A DNA stretch of 46,702 nt from Ionaspis alba (lineage: Eukaryota). A program made the translations under genes and the position numbers. Below are positions 9,455 through 21,748 of this stretch, piece by piece (the stretch's first letter is position 1; every line of letters starts with the position of its first letter). The stretch is from contig CAXUUL010000048.1 of assembly GCA_964255285.1 (NCBI GenBank), positions 1-46,702 of the forward strand. The letters are read 5' to 3'. The notes beneath the pieces were generated by a model. It was given only the letters and a program-made list of their open reading frames with translations, ran no database searches and was not told the origin of the DNA.

Positions 9455-11443
9455 TCAAGCCCACATCTTCGCAGTAACAGCCTTAGTCGCCAGGACCTCG
9501 ACTCTCCTCGCATAAACCTTCATCATATGCATCACCGGATCCCCGAACACCACGCCTCTCAACTGCTGGTCCGTAGTAATCTCCGCTCTGACATCATTGC
9601 CATTCTGGCTGGCTCTCAGTGCAACCAAACGACCAGCGTTTGAGAGCGATCCTGGAGGTACTTTCCAGATAGGCATTGATTTGACCGGTGCACTATGAGC
9701 TCTCTCCACTTTCGGTCGAGGTTTGAGCCCGAAGTTGAACTTTGGCGGAGCGATGGCGGGCATTAATGCGCCAATGCAGTTGGAGCCTGGTGCGGGAGAG
9801 GCGTAGAGATCGAATAGGGAGCGGATGTAAGCTTTGTCCGAGCGAGGGACTCTGTGATCTGTATTAGCAAGATGAATGCACAAAATCCAATGAAATGGCT
9901 GCGTACGGATCGCCCTCGTTGATGAAGGAAAGGAACAGTGATTTGCGATATCGAGGATTATTCGGCTTCGAAAGTGGAAGAAGCGAGACTGGGGGAGCCC
10001 CGAAGGTAATGCAGTGGATGCGTTTGAAGCCTGGATAATATTAGATCCGCGCTTCGTGAAAAGCTTGCAGTAGTGCTCGAAACCTACAGCCAGTCAAGAT
10101 GTTGAGTTCCGACCGAACCCCCTCAGCCAACATATGCGTAAATAGAAGACTGGCAACCGCCCCTCCCGCCGAATGCCCAGTCATAATCAGCGAGCAACAG
10201 CTTCGCGACGGATCTTCTTCCAGCAAAGATCGGAGACGAGCTGCGACGGGTTTGATCATTTTACGAGCTACGGAAAGAAATCCGGCATGACACATGTTGC
10301 CTGCATCATCCTGTTTCTAGTTAGCCTCAAGTCTATGAATTGAAAGGAGAAGGGCTGATGGGCATACTAGAAACCCGGTTGGCGGTGCAGGTGCTGAACG
10401 CAAGTTGACTGCCCAATCCATGAACGTCTGACTACCTCGTATGGCAAACACGACCGTGTTCATGTCGTCAATAGGGATGGACTTGATGACCATTGCCTTT
10501 GTGCCGACGCGCCAGTCGGCGTCCACATGGGCTTCGCGCTCTTTACCCGTAGGTTTGGTGTAAACTCTTTGGGAATATTGAGCTGCTAGACATATGAGTG
10601 GGTACGAGGGTAGATATCTGGAGTGAGAGTTAGCGTCATGCTCGATGATCATGGATTAATTGCCGTACAGTTTGAGGGGTGGTAGGTACGGAGGCAATTT
10701 CGAATTGGCATAAAGGTTCACCTTGGCGAAGTAATTCGTGCTCCCCGGACTGACTGCTGCGGAAGAGATGGCATTGTTGGCAGTCCGGGAGAGCTCTCTA
10801 CTCGAGAGTCCCCACCCGCCTCGGAGTGCTGGATCAGGTGGTTGGTAGATCACTATGATATGTCAGAAACCAAAGCCATGATTGAGAAGAGGAGGGATAG
10901 CATACCGAGTTCCTTCTCATCTCCGCTAAAGATCTCTCCATCTATAGAGGTGATAACGGCATTGAACTTTGAAGATATCAGATCACAGACTGGTGTTTTG
11001 TGAGCCAAGAAATCTGTTCCTCTTTGGTGCCATCCATTTATGTCATCTATGGTGTTCTGAATTGGTCGAGTCACGATCTCTCGCAGGTCCGTACACGACC
11101 TTCCGGTCAATGCTTGAACCCATGGCTTGTCGATAGAAACTGGTGGTCCTGGTGGTGGTGGTGAGAGATATCCATACGGCGCTGGTGGTGACCGTGGCGG
11201 ATGCTGTGGCTGCAAGCGCGGATCGAATGCTGAGTATGGTGGCGGTGGTGTGGAGATTGGCGGATGGACTTCGACTCTAGGGGGAGCAGGTTCTACTGTC
11301 TTCGCTGGCTTTGCTTTCCCAAGAGTTTTGGCTTTCTGTTTGCTATTGCTTTTCCCATTATTGCATTTGCTGCCTGGTTTTGGCTTCGATGCCGGGGCCT
11401 TGGCACTACGCTTCGGCTGTGTGGTTTTGATGAGGACCAGCAT
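9455..11443 (-). CDS. Class 3 lipase (alpha/beta hydrolase) with Pro/Lys-rich N-terminus
   Basis: Exons 11443-10906, 10852-10669, 10617-10368, 10310-10088, 10030-9907, 9852-9455. Motifs FAIRGS, CHAGF, nucleophile GHSAGG, ITFGAPP and NEGDPVPR. Confidence 0.9.
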
Positions 11444-11847
11444 TTTCTATTCGTGATGGTGAAATTTCAATCATTGGAGTCGAGGATCCACAGGATACAG
11501 TGTGGTAAGTGACTACACGACCAGTGACGATAGAAGCAAGAGACGGTCTACATCATAAATTCCAGACGCTGTAGCACGTGAATGCGAATTCGCCTTGAGC
11601 GGGCTGTGCGGAGCTATCGATCTCGACCACGAATAGAACAATGCGAGGACCCGCCACTAAGGTAGTCCCGCCATCCAATCACCATCCTGAAGAAGCAATT
11701 CCCCAAATCCTTTCCAAATGCACCCTGTATCCTACTCTCCAAGTTGCGCCCTGCATAGAGGTGTGCAAAAAGCCGCCCAATGTGCTCGTGAGCTGCACAA
11801 AAAACAATTACGCCAGGGCTACCATAAATCGAGTTCCATAGGCTCAA

Positions 11848-14751
11848 TCAAGAATCCCTTATCTTAGCCTGTCTTTTAGCTGTTCCGATATGCGTGTTGT
11901 GAACCTTGAAGAATTATCAGCGGGGTGCGCTCGCACAGGCATGTATCAGTAGTCACTCACCTTAGTCGCGAATTTCAGACTTGTTAAGGTTTCGCTGAGA
12001 TGTGCCTGTAGCGGACTAATCATCACAAACATCAGGGTCTTGGAGTTTCCGCCAAGAGAGAACTGCAGCAAGTAGGTCAACTACAGCGTTTGTTAGCCAT
12101 GTGTAACAGTGGTTTCCTGTAGGGACAAGCCTTGATTACCTTGCTATTTCGGTAAGGCACATGTCCTCCTTCCTTGCCCTGTCCCAACGCACCAATGACA
12201 TCTCCCAAACAGCTTAGACTCTTGTTGATGTTCTGCGTTTCCTTCAACCGCTCTCCGGTGCTGCCGCTGTGACTCAGTCGTTCGCTGCCAGCAAGGTCGA
12301 CTAGGTTCAAGGTGCCTTCGCTCTTCTCGCCTGTAATGCTGTTCTCGCCAATGAGCTTCAATATGAAGACTGAATGACTTCTCGAAGACCGCTCATTGGC
12401 TTTGGTAGCCGCAACTGAGCGATTGGCTGTTGCTTGACGTAGTATCATTTCGACTTTGCTTGGGGTGTCCAAATTCACTGTGGTGATATCGGTTATTGTG
12501 GTCTTGCATTTTTGCATATCATGCCGGATCTCATGTTTCTTTCTGTCGAACTCATCCGCTTTTCCCAGTAAATCGTTGATGTTCTCATTGTACACCTCCA
12601 CGAACGAGCCCTCCATTGAATATCTCCACCCCTTTTCCTCCAAAGATGTTGCAGTATCGTAAATTTGCCGAACTGCTCTAGGAATCATGCCGTCTTCCGA
12701 AGACATTGTAAATGTTTTACCTGCACCAGTCTGTCCATAGCAGAAGATACAGACATTGTATCCGTCCAGAGCACTTTGAACAAGTTGACTGATCTCGTCA
12801 AAGACATCAGCATTCTGTGATCCTGGACTGAACACTCGATCGAACGAAAACGCGTTCTTCTTCCTCGTGACATTCCCCAAACTGCTTTTCTCCTGCGGAC
12901 CGAGTATCTCCACTTCCTTGGAATCAACTTGATCGTCTGGGAATGTGATTCGGGCAGCCTCTCCGTCCGTCGGATCGGATTCCAGCGAGGGCCGAACTCG
13001 ACAGAAAACTCGGATGTTGCCCTTCAATTCTTGCACTTGATTGTGTAGTTTCCTCCTCAAAGTCTCTTCTATTCTCAGCTTTTCGTTTGCTTCCGCAGCA
13101 TTTCTGATTGCATCCTGTGTCTTTTGCTCTAGGTCGGCAAAAGCTTGGGATTGGCTCTTACAATCTGACTCCAGAAACTCGATCCGTGCTCGCAGGCTAC
13201 GCATTGATGCCTCCAGGCTAAGAGTGTTGCTTGCAGCCTCCGAAAGCTTAGCCCGCAAGTCTGTATTGAGATCCCTTTCTCGCAAAGCGTCGGTCTTGGA
13301 CTTCTCGACCTCATCCTGTAGGGCGCCAAGAGCTTTGTGCTTCATCTCCAACTCCACTTCAATCCTCTGCTTCGCCATGGCTCCTTCACTCGATAGAGCC
13401 TGGACCTCCTTCCGTCGTCGATCCTTCTCGTCTTCGATTGCATCTTCCAGTCGACGTCGTAAATCTGTAGTCTCGTCTCTGTGCTGCCTGACGAGTCGAT
13501 GTACCTCTTCTTCCCCATCGCGAATTGCTTGTTCCAGACTTCTGCGATGTTGCCGCTGCAAGTCTTCAATCTCGACTCTGTGGTTTCTTGCGGCATCGTC
13601 CAGAGTCACGGATGACGAGTTCAACTCAGCCTTCACTCCATCCAATTCTCTTTGGAGCATTGCATTCTTGTCCGCCAGTTGCGTCCTCATCACGTCTAGC
13701 TCAGTTACTGTGATTATTGTCAGCTGCTGAATAGACGAAGCATGAAAAAAATGTTTTCTACTTCTTGCTTTGTACAGGCTGAGACTCTCCTTAAGGCCGT
13801 TAGTCTCCACCGTAGTGCTACTCATTGAGTGCTTCAGCTCGGCGTATAGATGCTCAACATTCTCGAGACGGGATTCGGGGTCCCACACTGTAGCTTTGAC
13901 ATTAGAATCTCTTGTTAGGAATGGCACGAGTTTGTCAGGCTTTTTAGGTGACTTGGATGGACTAGGAGTATTCACAGCCAAGGAAATCTTGTTGTTCTTT
14001 CTTTTCGGAATATGAGAGGGTGATATGCAAGGGGTGGCTGCCTCATCTTTTGGTAGATTAAATGAAATGCTTCCGTTCAACGATAATTTGCTGAATGAGG
14101 TAGATAAGGAAATGTCACGTAGACTCTTGACTGAATGTGCGTTGCTAGACTGCAGCGAAGGATATCTTTTTGCAGAAGAAAACGGGGTCATACTGTTGCG
14201 ATTTATATCCTGTTGTGCACTGGGAACCTTCGCATGATTGTCGAACGAACTGGCCGGCCTTCTGGTGCCTGCAACGGGTTTCTGGCCAATGCAGTGTGAC
14301 ATTACAGACTGGGGGCGGAATGACTGTGCAGAAGGCGGTCGGCCTCCAGAGCCAACACTGCTCGAGAAGGAGCTGTTGGAGACATTGCGTACTAAGGCAG
14401 CGGAAGGTGGCCGTGAGGAAGTCGAGGACGAGAAAGATGTCTGTCGAGAGATCCCAGCGATTGATGTCGTCTTGACAGCAGTGTTGAAAGGCCTCGAACT
14501 AGGTGGGGCTGGGGCAGGTCTAGTAGGTTCACCTGCACGTTCTTGAAGTGTCTTTCTTTTCAACATGCCCGGTGGAGGAGGTAACATGCTCGTGGTCTTG
14601 ACATTGTTAGCTGATGCTGTGATATCAGACAACTTTCCTGGTGATGGTATGCGACTAGGCTGTCGAAGGTGGGAGGTGAACTATGAACTGTTAGAGTCGA
14701 AGAACTTGGAGATGTCAAAGTGTGCCATACCGAGTTCTCGTGATTGTCCAT
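11848..14751 (-). CDS. KAR3: Kinesin-14 (Kar3/KlpA) C-terminal motor protein
   Basis: Exons 14751-14731, 14659-13762, 13707-12141, 12080-11961, 11904-11848. Coiled coil followed by [39 protein letters not shown] and [14 protein letters not shown]. Confidence 0.96.
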
Positions 14752-15261
14752 TGTGGCACCAATTTCAAGATAATCCAAAGCCTGAAGGCATAGAGGTCCT
14801 CATGCCAAATCCTGAGTTGTGGAGTCAGTTGGTGGCTGACTTGCCATGAATGCTAGTGAATGATAGCTGTTGAAGCCCAAGAAACCTAAGTAAACAAAGA
14901 CGCCAAGACAAATAACTATATCTGTGTTAGCTCATTATCGGCGTCCAGCCCTATCGGAACAGCGGCGCGCATAGTCCGCCCCATTCACATGCAAAAGCAA
15001 AAGCGGTACTTTGCACATGGGAATCACAGTTGGACTTAACATGTAGCCTCATGTACTAGTGCAAGACCGCGAGGGCCGCCCATATTCTGTCTCTACGCCT
15101 CCTGTCATCTGACGCCTAGGCTTTCAACGTTCGTTCATGGATCAAAACCAAAGGCAATAAAAGCCATCGACTACTACAGTCTTAACTTAGCACTATTTCC
15201 CTCAAAGCCGCCCCGCATAATCCATTTCCTCAAGAAACAGTGGGAAGGAAAAAGAAGTCGC

Positions 15262-16410
15262 ATGATGGAGAAATACTCCCAATACCGGGATCGTGGTACC
15301 GCCGCACCATCAAGTGCCCAAGATTCTACCGTAGATTGCAGGCATACTGATAATGCTCCAGGGTCCGGCATTGCGCCATTCTTTCCGGTGCCTACTCTAC
15401 CATCGGGCTTTGCTCTCCCCTTCCACCTCTTCCTATTTCTATTTCGTCTTCCTATATTGCTCACTGTCGCCTTGAGTTACTTTCTCGTTCTACAATGGCT
15501 ACCTATCGGTTCTCTGGGCAAGAAGGCTTCACTGTGGCTGATCCTTGGCACGCCCGGTATCTGGTGGATTGATCTCCAAATCGACGGCGTTAGGAGAGGG
15601 TGAGCATCTCCAAACAAATACAGAACCATGGTAGCCATCGAAATGTAGCTTACAAGTTGTCTCAGGTCTCTCGCCCTCCACAAAACCCGCCTTCCCCACC
15701 CAGGGACGATTATCGCCTCCTCGCTCACGTCCCCTATCGACGCACTCTACTTAGCCGCAATATTCGACCCAATCTTCACCGCATCCTACCCGACAACCCG
15801 CCTGGTTCAGCAAGTCAGCCTCTTTCAAGCTCTTCTCCGCGCCTTCTCCGAACCTCAACTAACCCCTCCACCCAACGCCAAACTCGTGGACCTCCAGACC
15901 CTAATCCTGAAGAACCCGCATCGCGCCATCACAGTCTTTCCCGAGTGCACAACGACAAATGGCCGTGGAATCCTTCCTTTCAGTCCCTCGCTGCTGACCG
16001 CTCCCGCCCGAGCCAAGATCTTCCCCATCAGTCTTCGCTACACACCCGCGGACATTACCACCCCGGTACCTGGAAGTTACATCACTTTCTTCTGGAACCT
16101 GCTCAGCAAGCCTACGCACTGCATTCGTGTCCGCATCGCCGAGTGCATCTACAACACCTCGCAGCCCCACACGCCTTCCACGCCGAACGGCTACGCGGCA
16201 GACTTGACACACGACGATACAGCCAGCAGCACGGACACATTACTCGGTTCTGAGGAAGGAAGCGAGGGACTTACAGCGGCAGAAAAGAAGGTCTTGGATA
16301 AGATTGGCGAGGCCTTGGCAAGGCTGGGAAGGGTCAAAAGAGTCAATTTGGGGGTGAAGGAGAAGATTGAGTTCGTGAGGGCGTGGACACGGCAGCGCAG
16401 GCGGAAGTAA
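15262..16410 (+). CDS. LOA1: Lysophosphatidic acid:oleoyl-CoA acyltransferase (Loa1/Vps66 family)
   Basis: Exons 15262-15295, 15362-15599, 15666-16410. Motifs MEKYSQYRDRGSGIAPF, TSPIDALYL and VFPECTTTNGRGIL. Confidence 0.88.
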
Positions 16411-17067
16411 GTTGGAAGGACAGTCAAAAGATGATAGTGGACTTTGAGGACGAAGCATTTGGGTTGAGGGACTTTGGAAGCATTTCTTGCATCGATCTGT
16501 GGGAGATTTATCATCGTTGTACTGGAGCGGACGATTTGAGGGTTCTTGGTTTTCGTTCGTTGTTGAGGTTAAGAGTCGCTCCTTTGACAAGGGAATGCAT
16601 TTATGAATCGTCTTCATTCATCCGTCATTGAATTATGGTCGTCGTGTGTCTCAGGGGTGGAATATGCCAGAAGAAGAATGCAGAGATGTGCTGTAGGTCC
16701 AAAAAGTGTGATGCTTCGAAATCGGAACAATTCATGTCTACTGCGCAACGATCTGCCTGGTGTGAACGGAATGACGTCCAAATTCTGGCCCTTGCCGATG
16801 CATGAACAATTCTCGATAATATGACCTAACTGTCTACTACACAAAAGCTGTGCAATAACACCCCACTTACCCAATTATGGAGATATCCTTTTCTTGCGCA
16901 GAACGTTTTAAGACTCATTATTGTCTCTGGCCACAAACGTTCGAGAGTTTCTTCATCCTCTGTTACCAAATGTCTACGATCTCCAGTTTCACAAAGAGGG
17001 CTACCGGAACTCTCATAGAGCCAATTAACGGCGTATGACGAGAAGAAAGTCGACCTAGCTGCTCTCT

Positions 17068-19173
17068 TTACTTGTAGTCGCTGTCCCCGTTGTTGTCATC
17101 ATCATCGTCATCGTCATCGTTGTCGTCGTAGTCCCCCTCTTGATGCGCATAATCATGGGTCGCCGCGGCTTCCTCGTATCCATGTTTGGGCTGCTCATAA
17201 TCCTGGTCCGTCTCGTGCTGATACCCTACAGTCTCTTCTTCATCCTCCGGCTGCTCATGCTGATACTCATGTCCTTCCCGAGGTTCGTAATTTTCTTTAT
17301 CATTTGCTTGGTCCGCATCATCCTGCTCGTATCTATACGCATAGTGAGCATAATTAATCTCTTCATTAGTGGCTTGATGGCCATACTGCTCGGGTTCAAC
17401 TTGCTCATCCCCAGCGAGATTTTGATCCTCATCTTCGGCCTGCGATCCGTCTTCCTGCTGATACTGTTCGTGCTCAAACTCGTCCGCTTCCTGCGCTTGC
17501 TCGTGCTGAGCATAGTCCCCGTACTCATAAGCCTGCTCTCCGCCATCATGCTCCAAAGACCTATCTTGGGCCTCTGCGACGGTACCGTTACCAATCTCGC
17601 CCTCATCAAATTCATGCGAAGCTGAATGTCCTTCATCCTGTGCCTCTGCCTCTAGATAGGGTGTACCGTGCTCTTCATGCTGCTTAACTTCTGCGTCGTT
17701 TTCGTCCTGCTCCTGTTCGTAATCATAATATCCGTACGCGGCACTTACAGCAAGAGCACCACCGCCTACTCCACCTGCCACAATAGCAGCCTTGTTGTAG
17801 CCTTTGTTCTTTGTTTGACGTGCAGACATTTCCTCGCCACCATCATCGTCATGATCTTGATCATCAACTCGGCCAGCATTGCTAGTGTATCCACTAATCT
17901 CTCGGTTGTTCTGGGAAGTGTGGGAGGAGCTTTGGCCAAATTCAGTACCTCGGTATTGGTCGGCGTCCACCGTTTCACCATGCTCGACCGCAGCGAGCTC
18001 TTTAGAAGCCTCTCGGGTGTGGGCGGCTGCATCATTGAGAGCTTGGGAGGTGGGCTTTGGTGCCGGTTTAGCCGCGTAAGGACTGGTTTGATGTAAGGTT
18101 TCTGATTCGTCCTTATCGTCCTCGTCGTCCAGTTCTTTAGTTGTTCCGGCTGATACTGCCGCTTGGGCAACCTTGGGTTGAGTGGACGGTGGATTTGGAG
18201 CTAGGGCTGCCCTGGGAACAGTCTGGTCTTTTGCAGCAGGGATAGCAGATGTTGGTCCTGGCACTGGAGTAGCAGCACCAGGAACAGAAGTAGTACGGGT
18301 AGTTTTCGTTATAGGCTTGGGTACCACAGCTGAGGCAGCCTTTGCATCAGTCTTTGGAGCAGCAGATGAAGCAGCAGGACTGGCTTTGGCTTCGACTTTG
18401 GCGGCAGCAATGGGAGAAGCAGTGGCAGATGTCTTGGCAGTTCCTGCCTTCTCTTCTGCTTCGACCTCGTTGGCAGCCTTGACAATCTCATCACCAAGCT
18501 TATCAAGTCCACTTGCAAGCCGTCCTAGCCACTTCCTGGTCTTGCTCTGTGGCTTGGCCGGCTCAGCTTTAGTATTCTGAGTAGGTACCGGAGCTTTGGT
18601 GGGAGCAGATGCGGTCGAAGGTCCGGGAGTAGCAGCAGGAGCTGCCACAGCTGGTGGTTTGGAGGTTGCAGCGGAAATAGGAGGTGCAGACGTTGGGCCT
18701 GCAGCAGACGGTGGACTTCTCGGTCCTGTAGCGGGAGGATGGGGACGTCTGGAGGGACCGGTCATTGGGGGAGGTGACCTCGTTCCTGTAGCTGTTTGAG
18801 CTGATGTTGCCTTGGGTCCTGCAGGGGAAGTAGGCGACTTGACTGATGCTGGTGTACTCGGGCTTGTTGTAGAAGTTGGCGACAAGGCCGATACCGGTGT
18901 TGCGGAGCCTGAGGGAGACACGGGAGACTTCGCTGATGCTGGTGCAGCCATAGCTCTGGCGGTTAGTGTTGCGGTCTTCGGGGTGGGTGCTGGAGGTTGA
19001 GGCTTGCTATTTGCATTTGCAGTCTTCACTGCCGCTGGAACAGCAGCTTTCGTGGCTGGCTCCGATGCGTTACGATCAGTTAGTGGAACAACTTCTGCGA
19101 TGGCTGGCGGGTTTGACGGAGCAGCTCCCGCTTTAGCTTCCATTTGGCGGGTAGGCAGAGTAGTATCGGCCAT
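17068..19173 (-). CDS. 701-aa low-complexity protein of unknown function (A/P/T/K-rich N-half, Gly-rich hydrophobic segment, very acidic C-tail)
   Basis: Uninterrupted 2.1-kb ATG ORF with TATATA about 130 bp upstream. No recognisable domain. Confidence 0.8.
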   Translation of the reverse strand: MADTTLPTRQMEAKAGAAPSNPPAIAEVVPLTDRNASEPATKAAVPAAVKTANANSKPQPPAPTPKTATLTARAMAAPASAKSPVSPSGSATPVSALSPTSTTSPSTPASVKSPTSPAGPKATSAQTATGTRSPPPMTGPSRRPHPPATGPRSPPSAAGPTSAPPISAATSKPPAVAAPAATPGPSTASAPTKAPVPTQNTKAEPAKPQSKTRKWLGRLASGLDKLGDEIVKAANEVEAEEKAGTAKTSATASPIAAAKVEAKASPAASSAAPKTDAKAASAVVPKPITKTTRTTSVPGAATPVPGPTSAIPAAKDQTVPRAALAPNPPSTQPKVAQAAVSAGTTKELDDEDDKDESETLHQTSPYAAKPAPKPTSQALNDAAAHTREASKELAAVEHGETVDADQYRGTEFGQSSSHTSQNNREISGYTSNAGRVDDQDHDDDGGEEMSARQTKNKGYNKAAIVAGGVGGGALAVSAAYGYYDYEQEQDENDAEVKQHEEHGTPYLEAEAQDEGHSASHEFDEGEIGNGTVAEAQDRSLEHDGGEQAYEYGDYAQHEQAQEADEFEHEQYQQEDGSQAEDEDQNLAGDEQVEPEQYGHQATNEEINYAHYAYRYEQDDADQANDKENYEPREGHEYQHEQPEDEEETVGYQHETDQDYEQPKHGYEEAAATHDYAHQEGDYDDNDDDDDDDDNNGDSDYK

Positions 19174-20143
19174 TGTTGACAGGATACTCGAAACTACAGG
19201 AAGGCTTGCTCAGGCTGAACACGAAGAGTAAATGATCAAGCTTGGGTGAGAAAATTTTCTTGCTTGCTAAATTGACTTCTCAAAATGACATGAAGAAAGG
19301 CATATATACCAGCACCAGCACGAAGTGGGGCGCGCTCCTCACCAGCGGCCGAAGGTTCTCCCGTGCTTCTCATCCTGTGTGACTAGTATTAAGTGGATCT
19401 TTCATATTTGCATTGTTCTGCATGTTTGGGATTCGTGATAGTCACTTCACCGCCGCACTGGTTGCGCCGAGAGCTTTTGATTTGGCGCTATATACATTAG
19501 CTCTTCGAGGCTGAGAACAACCCTGCGAACGGCCTCGGTAAAATGCTTGTTCAGCCAGTAGTTCAACCAAGGTGGAGCAAGCTTGAGCCGCACAGGATGC
19601 TCGTTGCGTTAGTGGATTTTGTGCCGTATTGCGCCTCCGAACTAATGCTTACTAGGTTGTCAGCCGTTCCAATCCAGAGCCCTTACATATTATTCAAGCC
19701 TTGAAAAATCGCTTCTCAACATTCGATGAGGCGTCCAATGCTGCACGGATAGCGAGTTTTCACGGGTACAGTTGAGCCCTTGAAGGCGCTGTGTTGGACT
19801 AAAAGCAAGGCGTTGTATATGGACGGTCCCGCTGTCTTATCAGTGGCAGATTCAGCCCCCAAACTCGGAGCATTCCTCCGTTTTAGATGGTGCTGAGCGC
19901 TCTGTCGACATACAGAGCACATATCGCTCAGCTTGTATCCGAGAGTCGATATGACGTTAACTTGAGTTTGTGCTTGATGTAGCTTGCAGTGCGGAAACCA
20001 ACGTGGGAATGCTGAGTCGATATGAGAACGCCAAAGTGGAGAATCAAAGTCTGCGTGCAAATCCCGAAAAATTAGTTGTATTGCAAGGCCGGAATTTCAA
20101 ATCATTGTCTTTGATCGCTGATGCTGTCTGTACGGGTATAATT

Positions 20144-21490
20144 TCACATCTCTTTGACCCAACTACCATCCTTCATCTTGCCCTCCCGCTTTCCACCTTC
20201 ACTTCTCCATGTCTCCACCAGACCTTCTTTGGGATCCTCGTCTGGCAGTCCCCTCATGCGCCTGACTCTCAGAACTTCTTGCCTCACCCTCCTGGCACAT
20301 TCCATTCTCAGTTCAACAGCTTCCTTTCCGTACTTCAGATCTTCACTAAGCAGTCCCGCCTCTTCTTGCTCTTCCACATTGCCCTTCTTTGCCCTATCTA
20401 ACTCTTTGAGGTTCCTCCAGCGCCGTCTCAGCTCTGTAAATCCGCTTTCTCTCTCGCCACCGACGTTGTCACCAAACCAGATCCCGAGCTTTTTCCCAAG
20501 CCGTGGAATCCATCTTGGCCACTCGCGCGTTTCGTGCATAACTTGCTCGTTGCCTTCGATCCACATTGGAACTATATCCGGACACTCATCTGGCTCAAGG
20601 ATCAAGCGTGCTATACCCCACTTGAAATAGCGCATTGTCTTTCTTGGATGTTGGTGAACGCGACCTTCGGGAAAAATATGGAGCCAAGCATACCTCCTAG
20701 ATGGGTAAGAGGACGGCGCTGGGAAGGTATCAGTGCCATTGGTAGAGTATGTGAGATGTGGGCTTGAAAATGGATCTGAGAGATCAGGAGAGGACATCGA
20801 ACGGTCAGGCCTGTTGGTGGACGAAGGCTCCACAGAACTAATATTTCCACCCAGTTCGAATGGAGGACTGGACAGTAGTCGGACAGCTTGAGTAAGAGTT
20901 GGTTGAAATAACCCTCCATGAGGAGAGTGTGCCAGCCGATGCGTAGGGAGAACTTGGCCAAAAGTGAAAAATGACGAAAGAAATCTATACACAAAGTATT
21001 AGCATCAGCGCCAGTAAAGGCTGGGAGAGCGTAGTCGCACTTATTTGTAAAGCATATGTCATAACTTCCCAACGACCAGCGATGGTTACTTGGATTGAAG
21101 CTGTAATAAAATGGGAGCGCCCCCCACATGAATGGATCATCAAGACTGTTTCAAGGCCGAGTATCAGAAACAAAACGTACTCATTCGGTCAAATCCACGG
21201 GTCTAAAACATACGTACACACTCGTATGGTTGGAAACTATTAGGTAGAAGGAATCAGCCATAATTTCTAGGCCTTTAGTGAAAAGACGAAATACCTGTAA
21301 TCAAGCCTCTTTCCCTTCTATTTATATCCTCACGCGCATCTAAAAGCCTCAAGAACCCATCCAGACCGTGTACTTCGGTCTTATTTGCTCCAAACATTAC
21401 TATTCTAGAAACCGATCCTGCGAAGGCCATGACAGTGGCAGAAGCAGCCCGCCATGGCAGGCTAGGCTGGTTCGGAGAACCTGCAGACAT
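20144..21490 (-). CDS. TAZ1: Tafazzin (lysophospholipid/cardiolipin transacylase)
   Basis: Exons 21490-21295, 21236-21218, 21145-21041, 20984-20144. Splicing restores ITVSNHTSVLDDP (HX4D); also HIFPEGRV and FKWGIARLILE. Confidence 0.93.
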
Positions 21491-21748
21491 GGGAACAGGG
21501 TCACCTATCGGTACTGAATTCCATAGCGATAATTGACTCACAGGGAGAGCGACAGAAGCGGAGTTTGCAGTAAAGACAGAGGCATATGTGACAAATGATG
21601 AACGAAAGAGTTCGACACTGGCAAATTGCACAACTTTCACTGCTGACGTAGTGCTGCGGCTCTGCGGCTGCTCCTTGGCATCCCGCGCGGGTTCCTGAAA
21701 TATTTCCACGTGCGAGATTGTTGGTGCCCATTTCACACATATCGAAGC

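Noticed and set aside
17140..18580. Hydrophobic plus-strand ORFs resembling membrane proteins
   Set aside because: Antisense shadows of the low-complexity 701-aa gene.
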